Source of the DNA: Chiloscyllium plagiosum
Lineage: Eukaryota
Direction: 5' to 3'
DNA length: 24,293 nucleotides
Assembly (NCBI RefSeq): GCF_004010195.1
Contig: NC_057711.1
Coordinates: 80,635,846-80,660,138 of the forward strand
The position numbers and the translations under genes are program-made. Positions 21,824-24,293 of the stretch are shown piece by piece (the stretch's first letter is position 1; every line of letters begins with the position of its first letter). The notes under the pieces were generated by a model. That model made no database searches. It saw only the letters and a list, made by a program, of their open reading frames with translations, and was not told the DNA's origin.

Positions 21824-22111
21824 TGGAGGAAGAACGCCTCATCTTCCGCCTAGGAACCCTCCAACCACAAGGGATGAACTCGGATTTCACCAGTTTCCTC
21901 ATTTCCCCTCCCCCCAGCCTGTCTCAGTCAAATCCATCAAATTCAGCACCGCCTTCCTAACCTGCAATCTTCTTCCCGACCTCTCCGCCCCCACCCCAGT
22001 CTGACCTATCACCCTCACCTTGACCTCTTTCCACCTATCACATTTCCGACGCCCCTCCCCCAAGTCCCTCCTCCCTACCTTTTATCTTAGCCTGCTGGAC
22101 AAACTTTCCTC

Positions 22112-22147
22112 ATTCCTGAAGAAGGGCTTCTGCCCGAAACGTCGATT
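22112..22147 (+). ncRNA. Minimal hammerhead ribozyme motif (family A pLTR)
   Basis: ATTC-CTGAAGA(22116-22122)-A-GGGC/TTCT/GCCC-GAAAC(22136-22140)-GTC-GATT; canonical GUC triplet; weak stem I. Confidence 0.72.
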
Positions 22148-22402
22148 CTCCTGTTCCCTGGATGCTGCCTGACCTGCTGCGCTTTTCCAGCAACACATTT
22201 TCAGCTTCTTTATTCTGTTGCTTGTGTGTCATTGTGTTATTTTGTGAATCAATTCTTGTCTTTTTTAAAATCTAGTAGTCACCCTAGCTAACTTTATCCA
22301 GGTTATTATCACTGTACACTTACCGAAACAAATTGCAAAGTTATGGTCTGAGCTGCATGCTTCAGAATGTTCTGAGTGGTCTGGCTTAGTCCATAACAAA
22401 AG

Positions 22403-22634
22403 GCATCTGTAAGGGTACATGAATAGGAAAGGTTTACAGGCAAATGGGATTAGATTAATTTAGCATATCTGGTTGATATGGATGGGTTGGACCGAAGGGT
22501 CTGTTTCCATAGAACAAAGAACATTACAGCGTAGTACAGGCCCCTCTGCCCTAGATGTTGCACCAGCCTGTGAAACTAATCTAGTGCCCATCTAACCTAC
22601 ACTATTCATGCTGTACATCTCTATGAATCTATGA
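22403..22634 (+). mobile_element. CR1 3' end, right part of the element beginning at 10693
   Basis: GCATCTGTAAGGGTACATGAATAGG continues ...TTTAAAAG. Contains GGGTTGGACCGAAGGGTCTGTTTCCAT and a CTCTATGAATCTATGA tail. Confidence 0.88.
22511..22606 (-). mobile_element. Short 3' tail of another CR1 family, inserted antisense into the CR1 tail
   Basis: AGAACAAAGAACATTACAGCGTAGTACAGGCCC... splits CTGTTTCCAT|GCTGTAC; CAT is duplicated (22508-22510, 22607-22609). Confidence 0.7.
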
Positions 22635-22817
22635 CACTGGGTAATTTAACATGGCCAATCCATCTACCTTGGTCTATGGGACAAAACCAGAGCAGCCAGT
22701 GGAAACCCACACAGACATGGGGAGAATGTGCAAATTCCACACTGACAGTCATCTAAGGGTAGAATTAAACCCAGGACCCAGGCACAGTGAGGTAGTAGTG
22801 CTAACCACAGCACCACC
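22635..22817 (-). mobile_element. HE1-like SINE, 5' half
   Basis: GGAAACCCACACAGACATGGGGAGAATGTGCAAATTCCACAC...GTGAGGTAGTAGTGCTAACCAC is the reverse complement of the SINE at ~1525-1725. Confidence 0.85.
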
Positions 22818-22978
22818 CTCTATTCCTTCACCATTGCTAGGTTGAAATCTTATATCTTCCTACCTAATAACATTATGGAAGTGCTTTCGTCATAAATACA
22901 ATGGTCGTCCAGGCAGCACAGGAGCAGTTACAATGGGCATTAAATACTCACATTTGGTGAATGAATGGGAAAAAAAAT
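22818..22978 (+). mobile_element. Old LINE 3' end (probable right half of 10230-10545)
   Basis: TTCCTTCACCATTGCTAGG..AAATC..CTTCCTACCTAA (decayed 'WNSLP' region) and terminal GAATGAAT followed by an A run. Recognised by resemblance only. Confidence 0.55.
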
Positions 22979-23344
22979 GCAGCTAACTATTTTAATCTCA
23001 TTCTTGATATGTAGCTCTTGGAAAGTCGAGGCCATTTCATACTGCACTGTCTGTTGATGCATGGAGGAAACTCCTGATTGCAAGGTAGCATCTCACCCTT
23101 GAGCTCTCATCATCTGATCAATTATCCTTGGCTGCCGACTTTTCACTTCTAAGAAATGTGTCTCATGCAACTTAAGCATTATTAATGAGGCTGTTGAAAA
23201 GGTAATTTTTACATGTAATTTTTGAAAAGACAGCTCTTCAAGTGGACAGCAGTTTCCAGTTTAAATGTATGCATAATTATAGCTCACAAGAAATGTGGAC
23301 AAAATAGAAAAGCATGGTTATCTCTGATTTCCTCCTAATGTCAG

Positions 23345-23540
23345 CAACACACTTGTAGTAGACCCAAGAGGCATGAGTTCAAATCACCCTAGCCTCTCAC
23401 CCATGTCAGCATGTAATTTAAATTGACACTTCAATGTGTACTGAGTAGGTGCAGTGTTGTGAGAGATTCTGTCTTTCAGATAAGAGTTTAAACAATGGCA
23501 TTGTATTACAGCTCAGGTAAATATAACAGGTCCCTCTTGG
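23345..23540 (+). mobile_element. Old Deu-domain SINE (SacSINE1/AmnSINE-like) fragment
   Basis: Box B-like GAGTTCAAATC (~23375-23385), then GTACTGAG..GTGCAGTGTTG..GA..TGTCTTTCAGATAAGAG.TTAAAC...CTCAGGTAAATATAA, resembling the Deu core. Highly diverged. Confidence 0.55.
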
Positions 23541-23597
23541 CTGGATTCTTGCATAGACCCCTCCCTGTTATGTCGTTTCACACTTGCTAGAGTTGAC

Positions 23598-24293
23598 ATG
23601 ATTTGGAGATGCCGGTGTTGGACTGGAGTGTACAAAGTTGAAAGTCACACAACACCAGGTTATAGTCCAACAGGTTTAATTGGAAGCACACTAGCTTTCG
23701 GAGCGACGCTCCTTCATCAGGTGATAGTGGAGGGCTCAATCCTAACACGGAATTTATAGCAAAAATTTACACTGTGATGTAACTGAAATTATACATTGAA
23801 AAATTGCTTGTCTGTTAAGCCTTTCATCTGTTAGAATACAGTGATAGTTTCACTTCTTTCATGTGTAAATCACAAAAACTTTTTTTTAAAAAGTTGCATT
23901 CTCGGGTTAGCTGTTAACAATGGTGATAGCTAGACAATATGTTGAAGGTGTTGGCCGCCACGGTACCCTGTTACGGTAGACGCTGCAAGACGTGTCAGAG
24001 TGTGGACATTGATATCACCATTACGCGTGGGGACAGCTCCCACTTGTACATGGCAGGTACTCATGTGACTCAGCCAACGTTGTCTATCTTATACGTTGCA
24101 GGCAGGGATGCCCAGAGGCATGGTACATTGGGGAAACCGAGCAAAGGCTACGACAACGGATGAATGGGCACCGCACAACAATCAACAGACAGGAGGGTTC
24201 CCTCCCAGTTGGGGAACACTTCAGTGGTCCAGGGCTTTGACCTTGGACCTTCGGGTGACCATCCTCCAACGTGGACTTCGGGACAGGCAGCAG
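23598..24293 (+). mobile_element. Penelope family B element (Neptune type): inverted pLTR (23598-23956, minus) fused to a plus-strand linker and GIY-YIG segment; runs off the window end
   Basis: 'TVPCYGRRCKTCQ', then after a frameshift 'GRYSCDSANVVYLIRCRQGCPEAWYIGETEQRLRQRMNGHR...PVGEHFSGPG' (VYL at 24082, WYIGET at 24121-24138). Confidence 0.92.
23689..23723 (-). ncRNA. Minimal type I hammerhead ribozyme motif (family B pLTR)
   Basis: Minus strand CAC-CTGATGA-A-GGAGC/GTC/GCTCC-GAAA-GCTA-GTG; CUA triplet; palindromic AGCT. Confidence 0.8.

Larger units (their letters stand above)
20620..22205. mobile_element. Penelope family A insertion with inverted pLTRs at both ends, spanning an assembly gap
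   Basis: 11-bp TSD TTCTTTATTCT (20609-20619, 22206-22216). Left pLTR is on the minus strand (20620-~20950). Right part is on the plus strand (21824-22205) and encodes 'EEERLIFRLGTLQPQGMNSDF' (GIY-YIG C-terminus). Confidence 0.9.
11028..22398 (+). mobile_element. Full-length decayed Gypsy (Ty3) LTR retrotransposon, Gmr1-like lineage
   Basis: Two homologous LTRs, each starting TGTCACA (11028, 20018) and ending CCATAACA (14894, 22398). 4-bp TSD AAAG (11024-11027, 22399-22402). PBS-like and PPT sites present. Internal gag-PR-INT-RT-RH with many stops and frameshifts. Confidence 0.96.
20018..22398 (+). repeat. 3' LTR, interrupted by two Penelope pLTR insertions
   Basis: LTR segments 20018-20211, 20348-20619 and 22206-22398 are colinear with the 5' LTR. 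Confidence 0.93.

Noticed and set aside
20830..22004. Three long ORFs (302-376 aa) in the ORF track
   Set aside because: Artefacts of translating through 805 N.

Overview
Eukaryotic, repeat-dense non-genic DNA, most likely from a shark or other elasmobranch (inferred from HE1/V-SINE-type SINEs, abundant CR1 LINEs and Neptune-type Penelope elements). I found no host gene exon I can support; every recognisable ORF is a decayed retroelement. The centrepiece is a full-length but dead Gmr1-like Gypsy LTR retrotransposon (11028-22398, AAAG target-site duplication). It has the atypical PR-INT-RT-RH order and a SCAN-like Gag domain. It lies in a five-level nest: old LINE > SINE > CR1 > Gypsy > (CR1, SINE head, L1-type tail, two Penelope insertions). 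Two families of Penelope pseudo-LTRs (pLTRs) carry minimal hammerhead-ribozyme cores (8 copies, 5 with intact cores). Some of these moved as tiny solo or palindromic units with 11-14 bp TSDs. A repeat-poor block at about 4150-5350 looks like a possible conserved non-coding/enhancer region. There is an 805-nt assembly gap at 21019-21823. All family assignments come from motif recognition by eye, not from database searches.
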